64,000 nt of DNA from Sedimentisphaerales bacterium (GTDB lineage: Bacteria; Planctomycetota; Phycisphaerae; Sedimentisphaerales; SM23-30). The notes beneath the pieces were generated by a model. That model had not been told where the DNA came from. It did no database searches and saw only the letters and a list, made by a program, of their open reading frames with translations. This document shows, in pieces, positions 39,901-49,079 of this stretch. The position numbers and the translations under genes were made by a program. The stretch's first letter is position 1, and each line of letters opens with the position of its first letter. The stretch spans positions 238,451-302,450 of the forward strand of contig CAXXFK010000029.1 in the NCBI GenBank assembly GCA_963663965.2, read 5' to 3'.

Positions 39901-42900
39901 GCCGTTAATCAGAATCTAACCACAGATACCGGCAGTCTGACGCTGGATGGCGATGCGGATGGCGGCGCTGACACGAGGGATGATATCGCGTTTGCCGCAG
40001 GAGTAGTATTGACCTCTCAAAATGAGATTACCCTGGATGCGTCTGCGGGAGATATGACTGCTGCGGGAGATCTGGATTTACTATCGGAGGGTTCAGTCAC
40101 AATCAATGACTCCTTAACCGCATTGGGGAATATCACGGTTAATACCGATGCCGTGTTAGTTGACAATGATGGGACGGGAGATCTGGTCATTGCCGCCGCC
40201 GCCACCCTGAGTACGGCAACCAATGACACCTCACTCGATTTGACAGCCAATGATCTTGACCTGAATGGAATTATTAATTGTGGCGTTTCGGACTTTACAA
40301 TCACCGTGTCCGATGGCATGAATTATGGCCTGGGAGATTCCGTTGTTGCCGGTGGTTTCAATATCGATGGAACCGAGCTGGCGAACATCTATACGGGCAA
40401 TTTGATTCTGAATACCTCCGGATCAGCTGCTCTTGATAATATCTCTGCCCTGAGCAGCAATAATATTACCTATATGGTCACATTCAATGTCGCCGGCCAT
40501 GCGACGCTTACCAGTGATTGTATCTTTAATGCCTTAACGATTTATGCCGACGATGGCATTACCCTGGCAGGTAATGTCGTGACGCAGGCCGGGGATATCA
40601 TTCTGGATGGCGATAAAAATAACGCGGCGGATACCAATGATAAAATCAGCTTCGCTTCCGGTTCGACCTTACAATCCGCCCGGGTTATGGTCCTGGATTC
40701 GACAACCGGCAAGATGGAAGGTTCTGGAAGCCTGACTTTGCAAGCCAATGGCGCGATGATCCTGGGTTTGGAGAAAGGTATAACCATTAACGATAATCTG
40801 ACTACGAACGGCCATCTAACCATGAATGCCGACCTGGATGATGATGGGATAGGCCGCATTATCAGCGCGCCGGGAGCCAGTTATGATTGTTCCGGGTACG
40901 ATCTGTCTGTAACGGCCAGTTCGGTGGATTTCAATAGCCCGATCGCCGGGGTTGATGGCTTGTTCTTGGCAGCGACCACCGGTGACATGACCATTACCGG
41001 GAATTTTGTCAATACTGGCGACCTGGGATTAACGGTGACCAAAGGATATGGCATCATTAATAACAGCATTACCTCAGGAGGGGCTATCAGCATCTCAACC
41101 AAGACGGGATTGGAAGTGAATGATGATCTTATAGCCAATGGCCTGATAACCATTAATTCTGATAATAGCAGCGCAGGGCTGGGAGATTTGGTCGTTGCAC
41201 CGGGGGTACAGATATCCAGTAATAACGCGGATGTGTATATTACCACCAATGATATCAATGACTTATCCGGAATGATTAATAGCGGTACGGGTGTCGTTCA
41301 AATCGATTCCAACGCTTCCGGAATCGGCCTGGGTAGCGCTTCAGTGGGGGGCGGCTTGAATTTATCGAATGCTGAACTGGCTGAAATTACCACCTCATCA
41401 TTAAGATTCGTTACCGATGGCGATATAGTTATCGCAGGAGTCAGCGCTGGCAGCAACCAGAATATCGACCTGTTGATCCTGGATACCACCGGGCAGGTTC
41501 GATTCAATGGGGGGGAAAGTGTTTTCAATGCCTTGGATGTCAGGGCTGGAAATGGAATCAATATAGAAACTGACCTGACAACGGATGAAGGGGAGTTGGC
41601 ATTCAATAACGATCCAGATCGACTTAGTGGTAGTGGGAATGGTATTCAATTTGGAGAGGTCACGATAACTTCGGGAAATGTTCTGGCTTTGGGAGGAGAT
41701 GGCGATCTGACAGGTACGAATAATCTGGTTTTGATTTCAAACGGGGATATGACGATTAAGAGCGACTTTAATGTTAATGGTACGCTTGATATCCAAACCC
41801 GGAACAACCAATTGGTAATCGAATCCGGTGCAATCATGGCTACCCACGGCCAGGATATACAGATTGATACCGGTGATATGGTGTTGGATGGCGCTTTATC
41901 AAGCGGTTCAGGAAATATCCTTATCAATCCTACTACTCGAGATACCGTAGGGTTGGGAACGGGAACGGGATCCTTATCATTATCCACGGATGAACTTGAT
42001 TCGATATCGGCCCATCAATTCGAAATCGAAACTGATGGTGCAATTATTCTTAAGGATATTCCTGAAGCAATGACCGATGGAATCATGACGTTAAAACTTG
42101 AGACCTCCGATTCAATTCATTTTGATGATGTCGTTATCAATTCCAATCTGATTGCTTCGGCTGGCGGGGGCATTGGCCAGGGGAATGCTATTAAAGTAAC
42201 AGGGAATAGTGATTTGATCACAGATCAAGATGACCAGGGGATTGTGTTGACTAATAACAGCAATGCCTTGCAGGGAACGATATCACTGCAAACAGTTAGC
42301 AGTGGCAATAATCTTGCAGTTGTGCAGATAAATAACGGAACTGTCGATATCGAGTTGGCTGCCAGTACTGTGGCAGGAGATTTAAGCCTGACCACAGAAG
42401 GACAAGTGTCGCAAACGGGTGATTTGAGTGTTGCGGGAAATTTAGAGGCAGTGACTGCGGGAATTGGCGATATTATTATGGATCAAAACGCCAATAATAT
42501 TGATGGAACGGTTTCATTTCAGACTGCGGATGGTAATGTTACATTCAATAATGGACTTTCGCCAATTGTACTTAACGATGTTAATATTGCTGGTGATATG
42601 GCAGTGGAAACAAAAGCATCCATTACGGATTCGGGATCAGTTAATGTGACAGGACTGGCCGCGTTTTCGACATATTCAGACAATGATGGCTCCATTATAC
42701 TGGATAATCAATTGTCGACTTTTGGCTCTATCCGGGTATCGACCATGAATGCTAATAGTTCGGCTTCGGCAGTATCGGAGGTTAGCATTTATGAAGGTGA
42801 TAGCATGGAGGTTGCCGGAATAGAGACTGCCGGCGATGTGACATTAACCGCAGAAGGAAACATCACGCAGACGGGTAGTATAAACGTAGATGGTTCTGTT

Positions 42901-44601
42901 GCCTTTAAAACACTTGACGATAATGGGGGGGATATCATTCTGGATGGTGATAATGAGATGGGACGTATTCTGGCATTGGTCCGTGATGGTCTGGATGATA
43001 ACGATGCCGAAGGCGATATTACCATTCATGAAAACCATGAAATCGAAATTGGACAGCTGAGTACCATGGGGGCGATCACGCTCAAGTCGAATGATATTCG
43101 TATAGAAGGGCCGGTATCCGGTTTTGGGCGATTATGGTTCGAACCCATGAATCCGGATATAACCTTTGCAATTGGAGAGGCATCCGGTGGCCTCTGGAAG
43201 CTGGATAATAATGAAATATCCCAATTGCAGGATGGCTTTTCCGAAATAGTGATAGGTACCTCTACGATGACCGGTTCTGTAAATATTGACGAGGTTGTTT
43301 TTACCGATCCAATTCATATTCAGACCAAAGATATAATTGATGTTAAACAAACACTTGGAGGTACTGATAATGCGTCAATTACTTTGACAGCGCCAGAAAT
43401 CGTTATCAAAGATAATCTTAACACCCAAGGGAGCAATATCACGCTGAATGGCGCCATCGATGTGTTACATCCAGTCATCTTTTCTACTGGAGGGCAAACG
43501 GGGGTGATCAGTCTGAATGGTAATGCTGACTGTGACGATAGCATACAGATGTTAGCGAATACGATATCGTTGCACAGTGTTCAGTCAGAAGGTCCTCAGA
43601 ATTATTCTGCCGAACAAATCAATATTTCCGGAGATTATGACATATTATCGGATGATGATTTAGGGTTTAATGGATCCGTTATATTGAATGGTAATAGCCA
43701 TATGACGCTGCAAAAAGGAGATATAACGGTTTCGGAAGAAATTGATGGGCCTTATGATCTGGATATCGATACAGATGGGGGATCAATTCTGTTTGGTTCA
43801 GATATCGGACTATCCAGTTCTCTTGCCAATTTATATGTCGATACTCATTATCCCGGTACGATCAGATTTAATTCTACCATTCTCGTTGATGGTGATATTC
43901 ATTTGAATGTACTGACTGATCATCAGCAATCATTTATCTCGGCTAACATATTCAAACAATCTGAAGGAGATTTAATATTTCAGGCGGGCGGTGAGTTTGT
44001 GATGGCGCCTAACAGCGCCCTGGTAGTCATGGATGGTTCACTGATTATCAATACGGGGACCGGCGCTATCTCTGTTGGTGATTTGACGGCTAAGGGTGAT
44101 ATCTTGTTGACCGCACAGGATGGCGAAGGCGTTATCAATATACTGACGCGCGAAAAACGTGAAACTTTGATCGTTAAGAAGGATGCATTCAAGGAAATCA
44201 CTGATCAGGGGTTGTCCGTTGTTGCGGGTGGAAAGATCGAACTCAATGGACAGAGTATCTTATTGGGAGAAGGTCTGAAACCCTATCTGGTCACAGGCAA
44301 TAAAAAAGACAGCCTGGGATTCAAGGGTTTCAAGGTTTATACCATCAAGGAACTCCCCGAATTGTTTTTACCGGGAGATGATATTGTTGTATATTATGTT
44401 CCAGTGAGTGATCCTGCTGAAGCGGATATGGACGAAATTGCAGGAACAGGGATGTACTGGTATGATCAGGTATATTGGCATGATAGACTTAAAGAAGTTA
44501 TATTAAGTGATAACTCACCGGCAAACCCAATAAATCTGGTCGATATCAAGGTGATCGTAGATCGATGGTTTTTAGATGATGAAATCGGTCATGGTTTCTG
44601 A
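33955..44601 (+). CDS. TpsA fragment 4 (3,548 aa of acidic beta-helix repeats plus C-terminal region)
   Basis: Recurring I/L-x-D-x-E-L-x2-I-T and DADxDxxG motifs; frame open from 33856. Confidence 0.85.
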   Translation: MEASGDDQNVTFQGSDSTFNAVTVNADDGIFINNVLLATDTGAMTLNSNMDAAADTDDQINFIGAGAGISTVADLTISTIDVSNSLTLYSNGSITITDDLNVPGDFNAVADYDKNGTGDFITNANVDIDTSGANGDINIAADDVILNGTSLNAGGGSITLVPQTTTNLGLGNGVVADFHISDTELDLMTAAGLTIGNVAASFNNSSAEFSDCEMNDVTVGALLAGPLGIEIAGIMTINAGQTLSTTNQAIVLTVDDIDLQGTVNSGVADVSIETADINDSLILGGTGGDLDIDDTEISRITSGGLNLTVKAGGTITVQSVADAAAENAGDIVLDATAAGGSILFNGGSSQFDSLTATADDRITIAVDLTVDTANLSLDADADSAVDGSDNIDFTAGGITLTSTLGSVSMAASSGNIATAGALTINAANGITISDAVTASGAGALTINADSDNNGSGALATSEAITLVDSLVSITAADVTIGANIASGTGGISLLPSDSGGMALTLGGAGGYALDNTELDRLVTTGTLTVGNSNTTSIVTGGNPDNVTGPIILASTAAGSTITIGAALTSSDSLTMSANNGITINDDVTSNGVITIDSDLDNAGAGTLTIANTKTLDSTDNSIGITAADINMNASGAIDAGAGDLTVNQSQAAGTIGLGAAGGTTLSLSDTEIDNITAANMTLNAPSNVICDNLSAGIGNNVNGTFKVDATGSVTFQTADSTFKTLVVEADDGIIVNNVTVTTDTGSLTMDGNVDDSADGTDKIAFQNTASLVSAGSMTLSATNDGITTTGATTLTANDGISLNDNLTAGGQTTIDADNDAGDDNGTFTLANTMTINTANNALNITADDMAINGSINSGNGLITLSVSDGGTIGLGATGGDLTIDNNELSRITTTATGGLTLGGSDSTLTVDGITQAQSDNINGVLTLDATNDNASVIFSNTASTFDQLTVNADNGITIDTDITTDSGSMVLEGDSDNAADAGDDIDIAGNITLTVSGGNLILDATTGKIDAATSLQLDSDGNIVINDHLTTGTTLTIDADNGIQLNGNVSSGGQVDLDADDDDNATGVLTIAGALDTSDNPLNIVADDLTLTGTIDTTSKDISIEPSTGIELRLGTVAGTMQITDAEIDKITTTGDVYLGKQVATSINIDDFSPANVSGTLFLDTTGSLTITGGNFDVTTNNNTIDITADDVVFTGTVDAGSGSVIIRTDDSGSIDLGTAGAGGMTLLNTDLANMTTSGGLTLQARAGETLVVDGVTAPATANISGVTTLNASAAGAGISFANTNSVFNAGLTATAADTISFDAGRQVTAGGNLTLNATNDIDAAGSVSLYATGDLTINNSLTSGGDIDLRADSEGNGTGDFVLAATETIDSTGNNLSIRADDIALNGSIDVGAGDILLLPSSASAIGLGDTASGEFDISDSEFDRMTTSGTLTLGGATAGSIVVDNLTATVGKVTGPVVIVSGQNNGVITFQNNPSSVLDTLTLQAVDGVSVNDGILSGNDMVIDADTDAGDDLGSLFVGTGSVIDTNDNNLDITANDLTLQGGALSLDVGTGDLTIIDSDDDGIGLGGTTVANGLNIDDTEFGRILCANLELITGGAIKVDGISAAGSQNITSILTLDTADSIEFLNNGSIFNALTLEADNAIAINDDITTDTATLVVHADTNTNANAADYTIQIANGIQLDSATTIELNAENGKSQGTGQLTIQADEGITIQDTLETGGDLTIDADNDIDGTGSLVVAGGATLDAGGNNIDITANLINFAGALANITDLVLRATINGDLTVSGSFGNSGSVELESINGTVTVNNALSSNGAITITAKSGVILNDTVTADADTNNPGGDPITINADSNSDGTGDLTLATTKQIITNDNNLTVTANDLDLAGTASINVGNGQIRLIDSDGSGMALGDTVNAGEFHVAASELQRITASQLELETTGASNVDNISGANSNNIGLVLLDSAGLVSFINNASTFNALTVQSDDGIAVNQNLTTDTGSLTLDGDADGGADTRDDIAFAAGVVLTSQNEITLDASAGDMTAAGDLDLLSEGSVTINDSLTALGNITVNTDAVLVDNDGTGDLVIAAAATLSTATNDTSLDLTANDLDLNGIINCGVSDFTITVSDGMNYGLGDSVVAGGFNIDGTELANIYTGNLILNTSGSAALDNISALSSNNITYMVTFNVAGHATLTSDCIFNALTIYADDGITLAGNVVTQAGDIILDGDKNNAADTNDKISFASGSTLQSARVMVLDSTTGKMEGSGSLTLQANGAMILGLEKGITINDNLTTNGHLTMNADLDDDGIGRIISAPGASYDCSGYDLSVTASSVDFNSPIAGVDGLFLAATTGDMTITGNFVNTGDLGLTVTKGYGIINNSITSGGAISISTKTGLEVNDDLIANGLITINSDNSSAGLGDLVVAPGVQISSNNADVYITTNDINDLSGMINSGTGVVQIDSNASGIGLGSASVGGGLNLSNAELAEITTSSLRFVTDGDIVIAGVSAGSNQNIDLLILDTTGQVRFNGGESVFNALDVRAGNGINIETDLTTDEGELAFNNDPDRLSGSGNGIQFGEVTITSGNVLALGGDGDLTGTNNLVLISNGDMTIKSDFNVNGTLDIQTRNNQLVIESGAIMATHGQDIQIDTGDMVLDGALSSGSGNILINPTTRDTVGLGTGTGSLSLSTDELDSISAHQFEIETDGAIILKDIPEAMTDGIMTLKLETSDSIHFDDVVINSNLIASAGGGIGQGNAIKVTGNSDLITDQDDQGIVLTNNSNALQGTISLQTVSSGNNLAVVQINNGTVDIELAASTVAGDLSLTTEGQVSQTGDLSVAGNLEAVTAGIGDIIMDQNANNIDGTVSFQTADGNVTFNNGLSPIVLNDVNIAGDMAVETKASITDSGSVNVTGLAAFSTYSDNDGSIILDNQLSTFGSIRVSTMNANSSASAVSEVSIYEGDSMEVAGIETAGDVTLTAEGNITQTGSINVDGSVAFKTLDDNGGDIILDGDNEMGRILALVRDGLDDNDAEGDITIHENHEIEIGQLSTMGAITLKSNDIRIEGPVSGFGRLWFEPMNPDITFAIGEASGGLWKLDNNEISQLQDGFSEIVIGTSTMTGSVNIDEVVFTDPIHIQTKDIIDVKQTLGGTDNASITLTAPEIVIKDNLNTQGSNITLNGAIDVLHPVIFSTGGQTGVISLNGNADCDDSIQMLANTISLHSVQSEGPQNYSAEQINISGDYDILSDDDLGFNGSVILNGNSHMTLQKGDITVSEEIDGPYDLDIDTDGGSILFGSDIGLSSSLANLYVDTHYPGTIRFNSTILVDGDIHLNVLTDHQQSFISANIFKQSEGDLIFQAGGEFVMAPNSALVVMDGSLIINTGTGAISVGDLTAKGDILLTAQDGEGVINILTREKRETLIVKKDAFKEITDQGLSVVAGGKIELNGQSILLGEGLKPYLVTGNKKDSLGFKGFKVYTIKELPELFLPGDDIVVYYVPVSDPAEADMDEIAGTGMYWYDQVYWHDRLKEVILSDNSPANPINLVDIKVIVDRWFLDDEIGHGF

Positions 44602-46235
44602 GATTTCGACCATGTTTTAACAATAAAATCATAGGTATAAGCCGGATCGTCAGTATTGATGAAATCCACTCCCGCCCGCGCCAGTTCCTGATAAACTTGC
44701 TGGTTCTGAGGGATTGACCAGAATCGGACTGTTCTTCCTTGGGCGTGAATCGCTTTGACCAGATTAGCAAGTTTTTCCTTTTCTTCCGCAGGAATAGTAT
44801 TCTGGCCAGTCCATTTGAAGAGGCTGTTCCAATTGGCATGATGCCCGTCAAGTTCGGTTTTTCCCAGTTCAGAGTCAATAGAATCCATTCCGGCAATAAA
44901 ATTAACAAAACGTAGTGGTTGAGAATCTAAAGATTCACGATAACGATCCCAGACTAGCACTCTTATTGGACCAGGTATGATGATGCCTTCAGGAGTGTAA
45001 TGTTCAAATAAATCGGGATATTGAGCCAGTTGCCGGTGGAGGACATTGATCGTATCTCCATCGGTTTTCAGATCGATATGAAATCGCAATGGTTGGGTAC
45101 TGTCAGGATAAATTTTTCCATGATTGGCCACAGCGATCTCAGAAAATGGTTTTAAATACAGAGATCGGAGAGTCCTGTCCTCATGGATTTCCTGCTGGGA
45201 ATGGGCCACGTAAAGGTCTTTATCTGTTAAGAATATGTCGGCTTCAATGCTATTGGCGCCGTATGCCAGAGCATCATATAATGGATGGACGCGATGGTAA
45301 TCATTGTGAGAATGAAAGTAGGGTGGGCCAATCGGACTGGTAGGGGCGATAATATCTAATTCCGTTGTGACCGCATAATGGTCTGAAATGTATCGATTAT
45401 CTATCTTCTGATGTAAAATTGAAGAATCCTTGATAACAAGTTGATTAGAAGAAAAAACATAATCGATTTTACTGCCAATCAGATTAGTTAATACAGGGTT
45501 AAATCCATTAAAAGTAAGTACTTCAGTGGCTTCAGGATGTATTTTTCTAAAGGTATCAATTAATGGAGTAGCAGGTGCTGATTCTCGAATAATGTTAAAG
45601 ATCGAATTGTCTTCATTCGCATTGAAATCGCCCATTAACAGATAAGGTTCCTGTTGGCATAACCTGTTGGCAATCCGTGAAATAATTAATATAATCGCTT
45701 TTTCCCGGGATGGTTGAGAGCGATGATCTAAATGGGTATTATAGATATAAATACCTCGACCGGTTTTTTTATGAATAAAACGCGCCCAGGTGCAGATTCG
45801 TGTACAGGTATTTCCCCAAGTGATTGAATTTGGCGTTTCGGGGGTATCGGATAACCAGAAAGTGCCATTTTCATCTGGATCTGGACGAAATGATTTTGAA
45901 CGATAAAAGATTGGCGAATATTCGCCGCCGTCGGCGCTATCGCCTCTTCCGACTCCAATCCAGTCAAAATCAGGAAGTCCGCGGGCAATCGTATCAATTT
46001 GAAATCGTAATGCCTCTTGCAGACCGATAAAATCAGCGTTGATTTCTTTTAAATGGTTAACAACCAGTTCCTGGCGATTTTCCCAATTGTTTGGGCCATC
46101 CGGAGCTTTCCCATAACGGACATTGAAAGTGACAACTTTGATGGATGTTGGTGCGTGATTCGTTTCCGCATTCGATTGGCCATAGCCGGTCATTACCTGT
46201 ATAAGAATAAGGAAACAGAGGAAAGTCGCTTTCAT
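44589..46235 (-). CDS. Secreted EEP (endonuclease/exonuclease/phosphatase) domain fused to a PI-PLC/GDPD-like phosphodiesterase domain
   Basis: Signal peptide; TFNVR, GLQE, NTHLDH, GDFN, IDY, SDH; then HSHNDY...DAL.YGA.SIEADI...GVDFINTD. Confidence 0.88.
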   Translation of the reverse strand: MKATFLCFLILIQVMTGYGQSNAETNHAPTSIKVVTFNVRYGKAPDGPNNWENRQELVVNHLKEINADFIGLQEALRFQIDTIARGLPDFDWIGVGRGDSADGGEYSPIFYRSKSFRPDPDENGTFWLSDTPETPNSITWGNTCTRICTWARFIHKKTGRGIYIYNTHLDHRSQPSREKAIILIISRIANRLCQQEPYLLMGDFNANEDNSIFNIIRESAPATPLIDTFRKIHPEATEVLTFNGFNPVLTNLIGSKIDYVFSSNQLVIKDSSILHQKIDNRYISDHYAVTTELDIIAPTSPIGPPYFHSHNDYHRVHPLYDALAYGANSIEADIFLTDKDLYVAHSQQEIHEDRTLRSLYLKPFSEIAVANHGKIYPDSTQPLRFHIDLKTDGDTINVLHRQLAQYPDLFEHYTPEGIIIPGPIRVLVWDRYRESLDSQPLRFVNFIAGMDSIDSELGKTELDGHHANWNSLFKWTGQNTIPAEEKEKLANLVKAIHAQGRTVRFWSIPQNQQVYQELARAGVDFINTDDPAYTYDFIVKTWSKSQKP

Positions 46236-46291
46236 GATAATATTCCTGAAAAAATGCTATGTACTTTCTCAAACCTGCGGGTAATTAAAAA

Positions 46292-46321
46292 CCCACATGA
46301 ATTATTGTTAGTCCATGTGGG
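46292..46321 (-). terminator. Probable intrinsic terminator after rnc
   Basis: CCCACATG/CATGTGGG stem followed by TTTTT on the minus strand. Confidence 0.6.
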
Positions 46322-46363
46322 GCGAATTGCAAGATATATTTGAATGGTATTTTAAGAAATGTG

Positions 46364-47086
46364 TTACTGGATTGTCGAACTGAATTCTGAATTCGGATTA
46401 AGAACTCCTAATTCCGTAAGAGCATTATAAGCTGCCAATTGCTCAGCTTCTTTTTTGCTTGGTCCCCAGGCGCTGACAAAACGGCGCTGGTTGACTGCCA
46501 CGCCAATTTCAAAACATTTGCTATGATCAGGACCTTTTTCATCGAGTAATTCATAGCATGGAGTTGAATCAAAATGTTTTTGGATGTATTGTTGCAGCAT
46601 GCTTTTATAGTTATCCTGATGCTCGCTGGCATCTGCGCTGTCAATCTGTTCTGAAAGGTTATCCAGGATGAATTGTCTGGCTCGTTCCAGACCACTGTCC
46701 ATATAAATAGCGCCGATAACCGCCTCAAATGCAGCTGATACGCAGGAATTGGGTAGTTTATTATGGGCGCTCATCCCCTTGCCGACACAGAGAAATTTTT
46801 CCAGAGAAAGTTTGCGAGCGACTCGGGCGCAGGTTCGTCGAGATACGATATGGCTTTTTATCTTAGTTAATTCACCCTCAAGGTAATCAGGAAAGCGTTC
46901 ATACAATTCCTGGCAGATTACCATGCCAAGAATGGAGTCACCAAGAAACTCAAGGCGTTCATTACTTTGTATGCGACAATTAGCTGCTGAAGCATGTAAT
47001 AGCGCCTGGCGAAGTAGTTCCAGATCATTGAATTGATATGAAAGGGCTTCCTGACATGAAGCCAGAATCGAATCGGTGGGTTCCAT
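46364..47086 (-). CDS. rnc: Ribonuclease III
   Basis: NERLEFLGDSILG signature, EGELT, FEAVIGAIYMD, dsRBD (YKSMLQ..GPDH..SKKEAEQ.AA); ATG 47086 with GGAG RBS. Confidence 0.97.
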   Translation of the reverse strand: MEPTDSILASCQEALSYQFNDLELLRQALLHASAANCRIQSNERLEFLGDSILGMVICQELYERFPDYLEGELTKIKSHIVSRRTCARVARKLSLEKFLCVGKGMSAHNKLPNSCVSAAFEAVIGAIYMDSGLERARQFILDNLSEQIDSADASEHQDNYKSMLQQYIQKHFDSTPCYELLDEKGPDHSKCFEIGVAVNQRRFVSAWGPSKKEAEQLAAYNALTELGVLNPNSEFSSTIQ

Positions 47087-47223
47087 TGTAATAGCCACTC
47101 CGTGATGTTTACGGATGGCCCAAGACGTAAAGGGCTTGAGTGCAGAGCCCGGTAAATTGATTTAAATCTAAGGGAATAAGCCATTTGCGTCTCAGGTCAA
47201 CACTGAGCACATATAATATTTGC

Positions 47224-47252
47224 ATTTTACTACTGAGAACTTGATTTGTCAA
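47224..47252 (-). promoter_or_regulatory. Sigma70-type promoter for rnc
   Basis: TTGACA-17 bp-TAAAAT. Confidence 0.7.
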
Positions 47253-47542
47253 TTAACTAATCATTTTTATGTGTAAGAAAATGATTAACCGGGCATCTCT
47301 GAATAAAATCAGATTTAATTGTGTTATCGACATTTATTTTAATCAAATAAAATGAAATAACTATTTATTAGTGAGGAAAACAAAAAAGTTTTGAAAGAGA
47401 TGGCGCTTTAAGCGACAATAGATTATAAATAAAAGAATTGTATCGGTACACCAGAGTTGTTAATGGTCTACCAGGCTGCTAGCTTATATATCTGTCTTTT
47501 TTACAATAACTTAACAACATAAAGCTAAAACTGGAGTTATAA

Positions 47543-48964
47543 ATGGCAGTGAAACTAAAATTCCTGGGCGGTGCACGGAATGTGACGGGATCGCGTCATG
47601 TTTTGGAAATTGATGATGTTCGTATTATGGTTGATTGCGGATTATATCAGGAACGGGATTTACGAGACCGCAACTGGGATCCCTGTCCTGTCGATCCGGG
47701 CTCTATTGATGCTGTTTTATTGACCCATGCCCATCTGGATCATATTGGTTGGCTGCCCAAATTGGTAAAAGATGGATTTCGCGGTAAGGTGTATTGTACT
47801 GCCGCCACTGCGGAATTGTCTGAAATCGTTTTATTTGATTCAGCGCATTTGCAGAAGGAAGATGCCGAGTTTAAGAAAAAACGTCATAAGCGGGAAGGCC
47901 GGGAAGGGAAATTTCCTGTTGAACCATTGTATCTGGCTGAACATGTGGAAGATGCCATCAAATTATTTGTGCCATGCGATTATGAATCTCCTATACAAAT
48001 AAAGCAGGGAATTGAGGCTTATTTTTATGATGCCGGCCATATTTTAGGCGCCGCAATGATAAAAATCCATATTAACCGAAATGGCAAGAAATGTACGGTC
48101 CTCTTTTCTGGTGATATTGGGCGCGTCAATCGTCCAATAATAGAAGATCCCACGTTTTTTGATGAGGCGGATTACGTCGTTATGGAGTCAACTTATGGAG
48201 ACCGGATCCATGAAGATAAAGATAACAGCCGTGAAATGTTAATGAAAGTCATTAATGAAACAGTTGCGGCTGGTGGTAATATCGTTGTTCCCAGTTTTTC
48301 GATCGAACGGTCTCAGGATTTGTTGTATTACATTAATGAATTAATACATAAGGACAAAATCCCGCACCTGCTGGTCTTTCTCGATAGCCCGATGGCAATC
48401 AAGGCCACCAAGATCTTTATGGAGCATCCGGAATTGTACGATTCAGAAATGCTGGAACATGTCAATAATCATCAATCCCCGTTTGCGTTTACGGGGTTAC
48501 AGATGACAAGTACCCCGGATCAATCCAAGGCGATTAACCGGATAACAGGGACGGTCATGGTAATTGCGGGATCAGGAATGTGTACTGGCGGTAGAATTAA
48601 ACATCATTTGGTTAACAATATCTCTCGTCCGGAAAGCGCCATTCTTTTTGCGGGGTATCAAGCTGTCGGTACGCTGGGGCGTCAGATTGTCGATGGCAAA
48701 GAGGAAGTGCGTATTTTAGGAAAAACCTATCCGGTTCGGGCAAAGATTTACCGAATGCATGGCTTTTCTGGCCATGCCGACCAGGAAGAATTGCTGCACT
48801 GGGTGACGCGATTGAAAAAAGCTCCTAAAAAAGTATTCATTGTTCATGGTGAACCGGAGGCAACTTCGGCATTTTCGCAACTGGTCAAGAAAAAAACAGG
48901 TTGGGATACCTTGGCTCCTTCATATAAAGATCAGGTGTTGCTGGATTGCCGCTGCCAGGAATAA
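47543..48964 (+). CDS. Metallo-beta-lactamase/beta-CASP ribonuclease
   Basis: GARNVTGS, THAHLDH, AGHILG, SGDIG, MESTYG, GSGMCTGGR, FSGHAD, VHGE. Confidence 0.93.
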   Translation: MAVKLKFLGGARNVTGSRHVLEIDDVRIMVDCGLYQERDLRDRNWDPCPVDPGSIDAVLLTHAHLDHIGWLPKLVKDGFRGKVYCTAATAELSEIVLFDSAHLQKEDAEFKKKRHKREGREGKFPVEPLYLAEHVEDAIKLFVPCDYESPIQIKQGIEAYFYDAGHILGAAMIKIHINRNGKKCTVLFSGDIGRVNRPIIEDPTFFDEADYVVMESTYGDRIHEDKDNSREMLMKVINETVAAGGNIVVPSFSIERSQDLLYYINELIHKDKIPHLLVFLDSPMAIKATKIFMEHPELYDSEMLEHVNNHQSPFAFTGLQMTSTPDQSKAINRITGTVMVIAGSGMCTGGRIKHHLVNNISRPESAILFAGYQAVGTLGRQIVDGKEEVRILGKTYPVRAKIYRMHGFSGHADQEELLHWVTRLKKAPKKVFIVHGEPEATSAFSQLVKKKTGWDTLAPSYKDQVLLDCRCQE

Positions 48965-49021
48965 CGGAAGATAGCAATGCCAGAATAATTCTTATTCTTG
49001 CGTAGGGATTTTAAAAATCAA

Positions 49022-49054
49022 AAGGGGACATCCGAATATCTCGGATGCCCCCTT
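49022..49054. terminator. Intrinsic terminator between convergent genes (stronger on the minus strand)
   Basis: AAGGGGACATCCGA...TCGGATGCCCCCTT stem; TTTTGATTTTT follows on the minus strand. Confidence 0.8.
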
Positions 49055-49079
49055 AATTAATACGCTATTCTACCAGACA

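Larger units (their letters stand above)
29992..44601 (+). pseudogene. Giant filamentous-haemagglutinin-family TpsA (~4,868 aa when repaired), interrupted by three +1 frameshifts (real lesions or assembly errors)
   Basis: Continuous beta-helix repeat sequence across four ORFs; removing one base each near 32388-32401, 32945-32947 and 33852-33855 restores a single frame; first and last ORFs are in the same frame. Confidence 0.85.

Noticed and set aside
34287..44201. Many 60-313 aa minus-strand ORFs rich in S/P/V/I/L
   Set aside because: Antisense shadows caused by the biased codon usage of the TpsA repeats
43900..44601. Possible CdiA-type toxin tip and immunity gene
   Set aside because: No VENN or pre-toxin motif and no small co-oriented downstream ORF; the next gene is convergent
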